This document shows positions 41,360-50,124 of a DNA stretch of 64,000 nucleotides, piece by piece (position 1 is the first letter of the stretch; each line of letters begins with the position of its first letter). The position numbers and the translations under genes were made by a program. The stretch is from contig OZ250150.1 of assembly GCA_965237675.1 (NCBI GenBank), positions 4,768,001-4,832,000 on the forward strand. The letters are read 5' to 3'. The notes under the pieces were generated by a model, which was given only the letters and a program-made list of their open reading frames with translations, was not told where the DNA came from and searched no databases. The stretch comes from Candidatus Latescibacterota bacterium. GTDB taxonomy: Bacteria; Latescibacterota; UBA2968; GCA-2709665.

Positions 41360-41382
41360 AGGACGTCACCCCTCGTACGTGG

Positions 41383-42072
41383 TCATTCGTATTCGCCGGG
41401 CGCGAGAACCACGCAGCCCATATGCACGACCTCGCAAAACGCGTTGCGGGCCGGACCCCACGTGGTGAAATGATAACTCCCGTCCGGCAACTTCTGACTG
41501 CGGGTAAAATTCACGAACACGCAGGATCTTCCTTCGTGTTGCGCCCGGCTGGCGTCCGGTACGCCGGCCCATGGAATGGCCAACTGCGCACACCAGCGCC
41601 CGCTTGCGTTCACCTCCGCGGCCGACCACACCAGTCCCGGCACGTCGTATTTCGCCATCGCCCGCCAGTCTGTCTCACTCTCATCCGGAAAATACAGATC
41701 CAGTACCGCACCACGGGGGTTCACCTCGATCTCGTAGTATCCGCTGCCTGCTCGAAGGAAGACCTCCACCGCACATTCGTTAAAAAGATCCTGATCCCGC
41801 TCCCGCAGTGTCACGGGAACCGGCGACGGGTCGGACACAAGACACACGTACAGTGCCTCCTCGTCCCACAGCGCCGCCGCTTCCAGAAAATATCCCGGCG
41901 GATCGGCATCCGTACCGAGCAAATGGAACGCCCGGTTGATTTTGTCGACGGACTCCCAAACCGTCCCGGAAATCTTTCCATCCAGCGGCGGTGGGGTGGA
42001 GACATATTTGCAGCAGTAAACAGGTCGCTCTCTCATCGACAATCCCTTCCTGGAGGCAGACTCCCGAACCAT
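41383..42072 (-). CDS. Carbohydrate-binding family 9-like protein
   Basis: P.LDG....W, WD..ALYV, D.VEVF, YYEIEVNP.G, W...LAIPW, NF.R. Confidence 0.75.
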   Translation of the reverse strand: MVRESASRKGLSMRERPVYCCKYVSTPPPLDGKISGTVWESVDKINRAFHLLGTDADPPGYFLEAAALWDEEALYVCLVSDPSPVPVTLRERDQDLFNECAVEVFLRAGSGYYEIEVNPRGAVLDLYFPDESETDWRAMAKYDVPGLVWSAAEVNASGRWCAQLAIPWAGVPDASRAQHEGRSCVFVNFTRSQKLPDGSYHFTTWGPARNAFCEVVHMGCVVLAPGEYE

Positions 42073-42141
42073 GACTCGTATGGACCGTTGTAACTTTCGA
42101 TCACCCCTACACGGACACGGGAGATCGCCGCTGCGTATTCG

Positions 42142-42882
42142 TCAAAGCCGGCTGCCGGGTCCCCTGTTCACGCCTTTTTGCGAAATGGCGACCAGATGAT
42201 CGAAAATGCGGTCCCACACCGTGCCAGGCATCGCTTCCGGGTGAAACTGAACGCCAACAATGCGTCCATCTTTCGTCTCAATCCCTTCGATCACCCCGTC
42301 TTCGCTTACCGCATTCACGCGGAGCCCGACCCCCGGACCCTCTATGGCCTGAATGTGCGAACTGTTTACCTCGACGGGGTCACCGGGCCGCCCGGTCATG
42401 CGGGCAAGCCAGGTATCCGCTTGTGTCCGTACGTGGTGCCGCACCGGACGTTCTCTCGACCGCTTTGGGGAATGGGCACATTTGCCGAGTTGGGCTTGCA
42501 AATCCCCGTAAATCGCTCCGTCGAATTGGGCATTGATGAACTGCATGCCGTAGCAAATGCCCAGCATGGGGAGACCCCGTTCTCGTGCGCCGTGGAAGAC
42601 CCACGCATCCGTACGGGCACGGGTCGCGTCCACAGGCGGCAAGTCCTCAGGGAGAACGCCGACCAGGCCCTCCGTGATGCCGGGACCACCCGTAATGATC
42701 AGCCCGTCGATCCGGTCGAGCACCGGCGCAAGCGCATCTCTGTGTTCGACCATTGGCAGAATCACCGGGCATCCGCCGGCGCGCTCCACCGCACGAACAT
42801 ATGCGCGACTCACAACCTGCCGGGAATCCCCGCTTTCGGACGTTTCAACGCTCGTGGTGATGCCAATTACGGGCCTGGACAT
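42142..42882 (-). CDS. Peptidase C26 / gamma-glutamyl hydrolase family glutamine amidotransferase
   Basis: RPVIGIT, TGG, LGICYGMQ, VNS.HIQ, GVQFHPE. Confidence 0.9.
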   Translation of the reverse strand: MSRPVIGITTSVETSESGDSRQVVSRAYVRAVERAGGCPVILPMVEHRDALAPVLDRIDGLIITGGPGITEGLVGVLPEDLPPVDATRARTDAWVFHGARERGLPMLGICYGMQFINAQFDGAIYGDLQAQLGKCAHSPKRSRERPVRHHVRTQADTWLARMTGRPGDPVEVNSSHIQAIEGPGVGLRVNAVSEDGVIEGIETKDGRIVGVQFHPEAMPGTVWDRIFDHLVAISQKGVNRGPGSRL

Positions 42883-42926
42883 ATGTCCTCCCGCACCGTT
42901 CGAAGCGCCATGCGACGCCCACGATT

Positions 42927-43643
42927 TTACGATATTATCAACCGGACGCCGATGGCCAGCACCAGTGTCAGAATTGCCCTGTTGAACCACACAACCGGCA
43001 ACCGGCGGTTCATCAGAATGCCGATTGCCACGCCCGCGGCGAGCGTCGGGAGCATCCATAGATCCATCAGCCAGACTTCACGGCCCAGCAGACCCAGTTT
43101 TGCGTAAGCCACGGATTTCATGGTATTCAGCGCCAGCCCGACCAACACCGCCGTGGATACAAAAACCCGACCACTCAACCCCTGGGGCATCAGGTAGAGC
43201 ATGAGTATAATTCCACCCGAATGGGTGAGTACCGAGACGACACCCAACGCGACGCCTGCGGCAACTCCCGAGGCGTGTGGGACTTTCGGCAGCCGGTCCT
43301 TAAATGCCTGCAACACCCCGAAGACACACGCCAATCCGCCAAGCATCCGCCGGAACCAGAGTTCCGGGATCGCATCGAGCAATACCCAGCCAACCAACAC
43401 ACCCACCGCCATTCCAGGAAGGAGAACGACGACGAATCTCGCAACCCGGTACTTCCAGTAAAACCTGATTGCGATCAAATCCGCCGCGAGAGATAGCGGA
43501 AGCATGACGCCAAGCGCCATCTTGGCCGGCATCACGAGCGCCAGCAGCGGCGTCACGACCACCCCCACGCCGCCGCCAAACCCCGCTTTCATCACGCCAA
43601 TAAGCAGGCCTGCCAACGCCAGCACCAGATGCGTAATGTCCAA
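42927..43643 (-). CDS. TauE/SafE family membrane exporter
   Basis: G..KAGFGGG.G....PLL N-terminal motif; ~8 TM helices. Confidence 0.85.
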   Translation of the reverse strand: MDITHLVLALAGLLIGVMKAGFGGGVGVVVTPLLALVMPAKMALGVMLPLSLAADLIAIRFYWKYRVARFVVVLLPGMAVGVLVGWVLLDAIPELWFRRMLGGLACVFGVLQAFKDRLPKVPHASGVAAGVALGVVSVLTHSGGIILMLYLMPQGLSGRVFVSTAVLVGLALNTMKSVAYAKLGLLGREVWLMDLWMLPTLAAGVAIGILMNRRLPVVWFNRAILTLVLAIGVRLIIS

Positions 43644-43822
43644 ACAGCCCCCTGTATATCCCGGAACCGGGCCAACAGTCCCCGCACCGGCAGGCGATTG
43701 TCAGCCGCCTCCCCTTCGCCCGGCGATGTCGCCGGAGTCCCGGTTCACAGAATTTCAAGTATAACACACCGGGGCCCAGGTAAAAAGACAAAATCGAGCC
43801 TCATGTCCCGGTCAGGTCATCC

Positions 43823-43851
43823 TTGACAGCCTCCATCCATCTGGATATGTT
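43823..43851 (+). promoter_or_regulatory. Sigma-70-type promoter
   Basis: TTGACA-17-TATGTT upstream of the YkgJ-like gene. Confidence 0.5.
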
Positions 43852-43986
43852 TGGCACGGAAAGATCGTATTCAACCGTGGCGTGGCGTCGAGACCACCGG
43901 AAAAACGATCGACGAAACGCCACTTATTGAAACCCGTAGGCACGACACCCTCCGATTTAAATTCAAGGCGTCGAGGATTCCATACG

Positions 43987-44535
43987 ATGGCGAAGGCATG
44001 GAAGCACCTTCTTGGATTCCGTTGCACCGGTTGCGGTAACTGTTGCAGGGAACCCATCGCGCTGGTGACGGACGAAGACATCCGGCGCATCACCATGTCT
44101 ACGGGACGGGACGCCGTAGAAGTCGTTGAATTCTATACACCCGGTGAAATTGAATGGAGCGTCTCGAATCCGGGATGGATCAGGCTCGAAGACGAACACC
44201 ACATCATGGGCTTGAGCCGGAATGAAGACGGATGCCGATTTCTCGGGAAGGACGACCTCTGCACCATTTATGAATTTCGCCCGGTAACCTGTCGCCGCTA
44301 TCCCTTCAACGTTGAATTCGACGCGCACGGCGGGATCGAATTTCTCAGCATCAGCGATGTGGTTGAATGTCCGTACGAACTCGACGGCCAAAACTCGCTC
44401 ATGCAGATCAAGGCCATGTGCGATTGGGAAGAAAAAGAAGAGCAGTGTTATTACGAGCGGGTCGAATCCTGGAACAGGAAGGAAAAGGCAGGCGGCAAAC
44501 GTGAATTTCTGAAATATCTGGGGTTTGAGAAATAA
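43987..44535 (+). CDS. YkgJ family cysteine cluster protein
   Basis: FRCTGCGNCC, C.FL....CTIYE.RP..CR.YPF. Confidence 0.88.
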   Translation: MAKAWKHLLGFRCTGCGNCCREPIALVTDEDIRRITMSTGRDAVEVVEFYTPGEIEWSVSNPGWIRLEDEHHIMGLSRNEDGCRFLGKDDLCTIYEFRPVTCRRYPFNVEFDAHGGIEFLSISDVVECPYELDGQNSLMQIKAMCDWEEKEEQCYYERVESWNRKEKAGGKREFLKYLGFEK

Positions 44536-44630
44536 GCGCGAAAGTCCCGGTTCCCCTGCGACCTCTTCCCGTCACAAAACCGGGAAACCAACCGACCGCC
44601 CGGCGAGGAGAAAACCCCTTAACCCTATCG

Positions 44631-45410
44631 TCAGCAGTTACCGCCGAAAACCGCTCTTTTCAATTTCCGCAGCAGACAGAACAGCCACCGCACGTCTCTT
44701 ATAAGCGGTAATTTAAAGTAGAGTCCGAGTCCGTATTTCCGTCGGACGGACCAGATCGCCCGGTCGTCGGACTCCTTTCGGCTGATATTGGCACCGTGGA
44801 TCCGATAGAAAAAAAGAGGCTGTGGCACATAGCATCCACGCCCCCCCTGTCTCAAGACGACATTCAACCAGAGGTCCCAATCCTGATAACGCCGCAGCGA
44901 TTCGTCAAACCCGGGAAAACAACCGGCCCGCAACAGTGAGGCGAGATCTACATAATTTCCCTGTCGCAGCCGGTCCGGCTGAAAGGGACCGGACCTCCAG
45001 ACCCCCTCCGGCTCCGGATGCCATGAGCCATCCCCGTCTGTGAAATTGATGCGATCGCAATACACAAAATCAAGGCCGGGCCTCACGCGTGACGCCCCGT
45101 GAAGGACATCCAGGAATTCGGGAGCCATATAGTTGTCCGCGTCGAAAAAGACAACCCATTCGGCCGTGACCTGAGTGAAGCCAAAGTTGCGGGATCTGTT
45201 TCCGTTCAGGAATTCAACCCGCCGGTAATCCACCTCAGGAAACTGCCGGACGACAGCCTCGGTCTCGTCCGTGCTGGCGTCGTCCACAACCAGGACGGAC
45301 GCCGGCTTCAACACTTGAGATTCAATCGATTGCAGGCATTGCCGCAAGTAACGGCCATAGTTGTGACAGGTGACAATAACGGCAATATCGGCCTTTTTTT
45401 CTGGTTTCAC
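44631..45410 (-). CDS. GT2 glycosyltransferase
   Basis: CHNYGRYL, VVDDAS.D, FFDADN, GFDE.L...QDWDLW; start uncertain. Confidence 0.88.
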   Translation of the reverse strand: MKPEKKADIAVIVTCHNYGRYLRQCLQSIESQVLKPASVLVVDDASTDETEAVVRQFPEVDYRRVEFLNGNRSRNFGFTQVTAEWVVFFDADNYMAPEFLDVLHGASRVRPGLDFVYCDRINFTDGDGSWHPEPEGVWRSGPFQPDRLRQGNYVDLASLLRAGCFPGFDESLRRYQDWDLWLNVVLRQGGRGCYVPQPLFFYRIHGANISRKESDDRAIWSVRRKYGLGLYFKLPLIRDVRWLFCLLRKLKRAVFGGNC

Positions 45411-45429
45411 CTTAGGCGCCTGGTGCTCG

Positions 45430-46419
45430 TCATTGGGTCGGGGCTTGCGCTCTGGACATGCGCAGAAGTTCCACCTGGTATTCCAGCCCCAGCAGCCCTT
45501 CTTTTTCGGAAACAACCGCCCGCTGGCCAGAACCCTTCACCCAGGAAACGAAGGCCTCGATTAAAATATGCAGGAAATCGTTGCATTGAAACGATTCGCC
45601 GCCGTGGACCAGCCGTGCGCGGTAAACCCCCCCGGTATCTTCGTACCCCTCCCAATCCACCATAAAGCCGTTCACACCGAACCGCCGGGCCGGTATGCCT
45701 TCGTCGATATCCCGTAACACCAGTTCGACGGCGCAGCGCCCACCTGGGCTGACATATTCGAAACGTGCCCGATTCTCCCGTTCTTCGATTTCACAGACCG
45801 CTGTTCGTGTATCCATCCTGCCTTCCGGCAGGAATCCGATGACCAGACTCAACGCATGCGGGGCGACATCCGCCCAGATTTCCTCGTAGCGTTTTGGCCC
45901 CTTTCTTCCCCTCACCTCCATTTCCATCGTAATCCGCCTCACTTCGTCCCACGCCCCGCGGACCTGCTCATAAAAATTCCGGTAATGCGGAATGCCGGCC
46001 GGGTACTGGGCAGACACCCCCAGCAGACGGCCGGCGTCCTTCGCTTTGCCCACAACGGTCCGCCCGTCCGCAAGAATCTCATCCAGTTCCTTGTGTCTAT
46101 CCCAGCAGAACGGCTTCTCGCACAGCACGTGGGCCCCAGCGTCGAGCGCGGCAAGCGCGTGTGTCTTGTGCATCGGATATGGGCTCGTCACCGCGACAAT
46201 GTCGGGCGCCTCCTCCCGGAGCATTGCTTCCACATCCTGATATGCCCGGCCGCAGAATCCGAAGTACGACGCCAACCGCGCACGGGTGTGCTCGCACGAA
46301 TCCTGCGAAGTACCCGAAAACGCAACCACCTCGCACCCCGAAAGATGGTACCACCGGGCATGATGCTGACCGATTCCACTGGCGCCGATGACGGCGACCC
46401 TGAGAGGCTTGGTATCCAT
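45430..46419 (-). CDS. Gfo/Idh/MocA family oxidoreductase
   Basis: VAVIGASGIG, AGAHVLCEKP; GAGGAG RBS. Confidence 0.88.
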   Translation of the reverse strand: MDTKPLRVAVIGASGIGQHHARWYHLSGCEVVAFSGTSQDSCEHTRARLASYFGFCGRAYQDVEAMLREEAPDIVAVTSPYPMHKTHALAALDAGAHVLCEKPFCWDRHKELDEILADGRTVVGKAKDAGRLLGVSAQYPAGIPHYRNFYEQVRGAWDEVRRITMEMEVRGRKGPKRYEEIWADVAPHALSLVIGFLPEGRMDTRTAVCEIEERENRARFEYVSPGGRCAVELVLRDIDEGIPARRFGVNGFMVDWEGYEDTGGVYRARLVHGGESFQCNDFLHILIEAFVSWVKGSGQRAVVSEKEGLLGLEYQVELLRMSRAQAPTQ

Positions 46420-46430
46420 AACCGCTCCTC

Positions 46431-46752
46431 GTGTTCTGTCCCGGAAATAGATTGCCGAAATTCGGCCGACGAATCGCCCGGCTCCCTGAGCCGGTGCCCT
46501 GAGCTTGTCGAAGGGTAGCGAAACGCGGGCATTTGGACAAGCTCGTTTCGACAAGCTCAACGCACGCAATGACCACGCGTCGGCGAGCTCGTTTCCACAG
46601 GCGCGCTTCGACAAGCTCAGCGCAGGCAACGCAGGCAACGGACGCAACATACGCAACGCAACGAGGCGGAATGAACCGGCGCCTGTCTGCGTGCGTGCTG
46701 CCTCACGCACGCAGACAGGGTAAAGTGGTGACATATTTCTGGGACAGGACAC
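46431..46752. repeat. MITE-like repeat (copy A) carrying a nested REP-like insert
   Basis: Ends GTGTTCTGTCCCGGAAATA / TATTTCTGGGACAGGACAC are inverted repeats; reverse complement matches 62694-62821 apart from a ~194-bp insert. Confidence 0.8.
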
Positions 46753-47057
46753 CAGTAATGAATTCAACACCGGCCTTACGTAAAATAGATATCCTCGATT
46801 TCGCAGCCAATCGTTTTTTTAACGCTCCACCTCAAAAAGGCCGGATTTTTCTTGACGTTTGAGAACCGAACTCATATGTTTCAGTTATATAACAAATGTC
46901 ATATATATTTAATAATTGATTTCTCTATATACTATGGATGCCAACCGTCAATGAAATGTGGGTTCACGCCCGGAGAATCGGAAAACGTTACCGCAAACGA
47001 CCGAATGTGCGACAGGCCTAAACCAGCCGCCTGACGGCAAAAGGAGAGAGTAGAAAG

Positions 47058-47408
47058 ATCAAGAGCATCGCGCAACCTTATCTCGGAAGACGTCTTCTAA
47101 CCTGCGCCTTCGGCGTCCTTGTGCTTTCCGGGACCGGCGGGAGCACGGCGCTCGCGGAGGACTCAACCGCCACAGCCACACTCGCACCGGCCGACTCGAT
47201 TCTGGCCGAAGTCATCGTCCTGGACCGCGTAATGGTCATCGGAGATCCGGACAGGTCAGGCACGCACCTCACGGCCCGGGAAAACAAGGTGTCCGTATGG
47301 ATCCCCGGCCTTGGCGTCAACTACAAACTGCCATCCGGCGCAAGTGTCTTTGCCGGCGTCCGTCCCGGCCTTCCACGCAGGCTGATCGGTGGCGTCAAAA
47401 CGGACTTC
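47058..47408 (+). pseudogene. Collapsed remnant of a TonB-dependent (FecA-like) receptor
   Basis: Signal-like RRLLTCAFGVLVL..ALA, TonB-box-like LDRVMVIG, barrel strand IPGLGVNYKL...SVFAGV, terminal RPGLPRRLIGGVKTDF. Confidence 0.55.
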
Positions 47409-47410
47409 CA

Positions 47411-47433
47411 GCGTTCTGTCCCGGAAATAGATT
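47411..47433. repeat. Isolated end of the same MITE-like repeat
   Basis: GCGTTCTGTCCCGGAAATAGATT matches 46431-46453 at 22/23. Confidence 0.7.
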
Positions 47434-47601
47434 CAGGTATCGAAACCCTTGTTTTTTTTTCGCTTTTTGGTATACTTAAAATCCCTTCGTTTGTCGTCAC
47501 ATTACAGATGAGATAGGGTGAGCCATTGTGCGCAGTCTATCGCGTAAACCGGGATTGACCCTCTTACGTGCTCTGTTCATTTGTCCGCATGGAGAATGTG
47601 A

Positions 47602-48111
47602 ATGCTTAAAGATAATGTACAGGCCGCCTTGAATGATCAGTTGAATTCCGAACTCTACGCCTCGTATTATTATCTTTCGATTTCCGCTTATTTTCATGCC
47701 ATCAACCTGACCGGTTTTGCCTCCTGGATGCGCGCTCAAGCCCAGGAGGAATTGATGCATGCCATGAAGGTTTACGACTTTATCAACGACCGGGAAGGCG
47801 ACGTGGCGCTAACGACCATCGCGGCGCCCAAACGGCAGTGGGACAATTCCCTGGCGGCGTTCGAAGATGCCTATCAACATGAGAAGGCCGTAACCGCTCA
47901 GATCTACGACCTTGTGGACCTTAGCCTTACGGAAAGAGACCACGCCACCAACACCTTTCTCCAGTGGTTCGTGACCGAACAGGTGGAAGAAGAAGCCACC
48001 GCGAGCGATATCGTTAACAAGCTGAAATTGGTTGGCAACGACGGCAACGGCCTGTTTATTCTGGACAGAGATCTGGGTACGCGCGGCCCGGAAGCCGGAG
48101 CGAACGAATAA
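47602..48111 (+). CDS. ftnA: Non-heme ferritin
   Basis: LN.QLN.E..ASY.Y, QAQEE..HA.K, HE..VT, FLQWFV.EQVEEE. Confidence 0.95.
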   Translation: MLKDNVQAALNDQLNSELYASYYYLSISAYFHAINLTGFASWMRAQAQEELMHAMKVYDFINDREGDVALTTIAAPKRQWDNSLAAFEDAYQHEKAVTAQIYDLVDLSLTERDHATNTFLQWFVTEQVEEEATASDIVNKLKLVGNDGNGLFILDRDLGTRGPEAGANE

Positions 48112-48214
48112 ACGCGCCGACCGGGGCGCACCTCCCCGTCGGCCGTCCACTACCTCCGCCGATTTCTGCCGATCCCGTTTCTTTACATGGTTCAATAAAA
48201 ACCGCGATCCTGGG

Positions 48215-48243
48215 TTGACAAAACGCCAGTCGTGTGTTATCAT
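48215..48243 (+). promoter_or_regulatory. Sigma-70-type promoter (extended -10) about 490 nt upstream of the sigma factor gene
   Basis: TTGACA-17-TATCAT preceded by TG. Confidence 0.65.
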
Positions 48244-48736
48244 GCTATTTCACACGACTTTCGGTACATTGGAACCGAAAAAATTCGGTTTGACCCCGAG
48301 TCGCCGGAGGTATCAGCCGTACCCCTCGGTTGCGAAACGGTGATTCCGGGAAAGAACCTGCTCTCCGGCTGAAAGTAAGATCCAGGTTGGAGAAACAAGG
48401 AGGTGCAGATCAGGAAATAGGCTCAGGGAACCTTTCCCCTACACGGTTCTCGTCTCTTTCTCCTGTTTTCCCCACAAGTTCAACTCCTCGCCCCGAGAGG
48501 AGTCAGACTCTCCAGATTCCCCTTCTCCCTTTCTTCTTTCGTCCCCTTTCCAGATCGTGTTGTTCACGTTCACAGGCGGTGTTTTCGAACCTGTCTGTCG
48601 TCGGTAGTGTATGGTACCCGCACAGGATTGTCTACGTACGGGTTCCGGCGTATTTCCTGTTTGATTGAAATACGCCCGGTTCCCGCATGCAGACGTCCGC
48701 ACCATTGCCTGGGGGAAAGTAATGCCTGCAACGGTA

Positions 48737-49603
48737 ATGAGCCAGCAGAACCGAATCTCATCACGGGGAACGAAGCGGACGGCGCTTGAGCTTTATCTCA
48801 AGGATATCGCGTATAATGATCTGCTCACGCCGCAACAAGAGGTGGCATTGGCGAAGCGAATCAGGGCCGGCGACCGCAAGAGTCTGGATCAGATGGTCGA
48901 GTCCAACCTGCGGTTTGTCATCACGATCGCCAAAGAGTACCAGGGGCGGGGCTTGCCCCTGGAAGATCTGATTGCCGAGGGCAACCTCGGGTTGGTTCGC
49001 GCGGCAACGCGGTACGATGAAACGGTGGGGGTCAAATTTACAACCTATGCGGTCTGGTGGATCCGGCAGGGCATTCTCTCGTCGCTTGCCGAAAAAGCCC
49101 GTATGGTCAGGCTTCCGGTAAACAAGATCAAACACCTGTGCCGGCTGGAGCGTATCGCATCAAGCCTGAAGCAGAAACTTGGCAGGGAACCCAGCATCGA
49201 CGAGATTGCGGTGGGGGCGGAGATGCAGCCCAAGCAAGCGCAGGATCTGTTGAACGCATCGCGGTGGCACGTGTCCCTGGACATGCCGCTGGAAGACGGG
49301 CCGGACTCTTCCCTGCTGGAAGTCCTGGAAGACAAAGACCAGGTATCGCCCGAGGTTGAAGTCATGGAACAGGCGATGGCCGACGAGATTCGGTCCGCGC
49401 TGAATTCCCTCTCCTCGCGGGAGGCGCGAATTCTACGGCTCTATTTCGGAATCAACGGCCAGGACACAATGACGCTCGAACAAATCGGCAATCTACTCAG
49501 CCTTACAAAGGAGCGAGTCCGACAGATTCGAGACAAGGCCCTTGCCGCACTCAAACACCCGTCGCGAGTGCGCAAAATCCGCGCATACCTAACGGAGAAC
49601 TGA
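48737..49603 (+). CDS. RNA polymerase sigma-70 factor (RpoD/RpoS-like, no region 1.1)
   Basis: YL.DI....LL, NLRFVI.IAK.Y, DLI.EGNLGL, TYAVWWIRQ, TLE.IG....LTKERVRQI. Confidence 0.93.
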   Translation: MSQQNRISSRGTKRTALELYLKDIAYNDLLTPQQEVALAKRIRAGDRKSLDQMVESNLRFVITIAKEYQGRGLPLEDLIAEGNLGLVRAATRYDETVGVKFTTYAVWWIRQGILSSLAEKARMVRLPVNKIKHLCRLERIASSLKQKLGREPSIDEIAVGAEMQPKQAQDLLNASRWHVSLDMPLEDGPDSSLLEVLEDKDQVSPEVEVMEQAMADEIRSALNSLSSREARILRLYFGINGQDTMTLEQIGNLLSLTKERVRQIRDKALAALKHPSRVRKIRAYLTEN

Positions 49604-49608
49604 GAACC

Positions 49609-50028
49609 GTGGCACACGATACCCTCAATAATCCGGAATACTCTCTCAGGGGTGCGGTCTCTCCCGTGCTGGACATCGTGGGCGTGCACCACATCACCCT
49701 TGTGGCGAGCAATCTGGATCGATCCAGGTCCTTTTATGAGAAATTCCTGGGTCTGCACCCCATACCCCGGCCCAGTTACGATTTCGAAGGCGCCTGGTAC
49801 CGATGCGGAAGCGTGGAAATACACCTTCTGGTTGCGGAAGAACATCCCGATCCGTCCAGACGCCACATCGCGCTGGAGGTCTCAGACTTTGAACGGGTGA
49901 TCAAAACTCTGGACGTCGAGTGGGTGAATGTTGTCGGCGGCCCGGGAGTCAGACCGCACGACGGAAGCCGGTTTGTCTTTCTCCAGGATCCCGACGGTAA
50001 TCTGATTGAGATCACGTGTCGAGGCTAA
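49609..50028 (+). CDS. VOC/glyoxalase family protein
   Basis: HHITL, FY...LGL, HL, HIAL.V, DPDGNLIE. Confidence 0.88.
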   Translation: MAHDTLNNPEYSLRGAVSPVLDIVGVHHITLVASNLDRSRSFYEKFLGLHPIPRPSYDFEGAWYRCGSVEIHLLVAEEHPDPSRRHIALEVSDFERVIKTLDVEWVNVVGGPGVRPHDGSRFVFLQDPDGNLIEITCRG

Positions 50029-50057
50029 AAATCCGGCGGTTGAACCGCCGATGAACG

Positions 50058-50105
50058 CCAAACAGGACAGGGCCGCGATGAATATCGCGGCCCTGTCCTG
50101 TTTGG
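50058..50105. terminator. Perfect 22-bp hairpin between convergent genes
   Basis: CCAAACAGGACAGGGCCGCGAT-gaat-ATCGCGGCCCTGTCCTGTTTGG. Confidence 0.75.
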
Positions 50106-50124
50106 GTTGAGATGGACACGGGTG

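Noticed and set aside
46490-46670. Repeated units as a possible CRISPR array
   Set aside because: Units are short, irregularly spaced and in both orientations, with no unique equal-length spacers or cas genes; REP-like instead.
46420-46770. N-terminal extension of the Gfo/Idh/MocA ORF
   Set aside because: Read-through of repeat DNA; the true start with RBS is at 46419.
47602-48111. Ferritin as encapsulin cargo
   Set aside because: Ordinary FtnA with no cargo-loading peptide and no encapsulin gene in the window.
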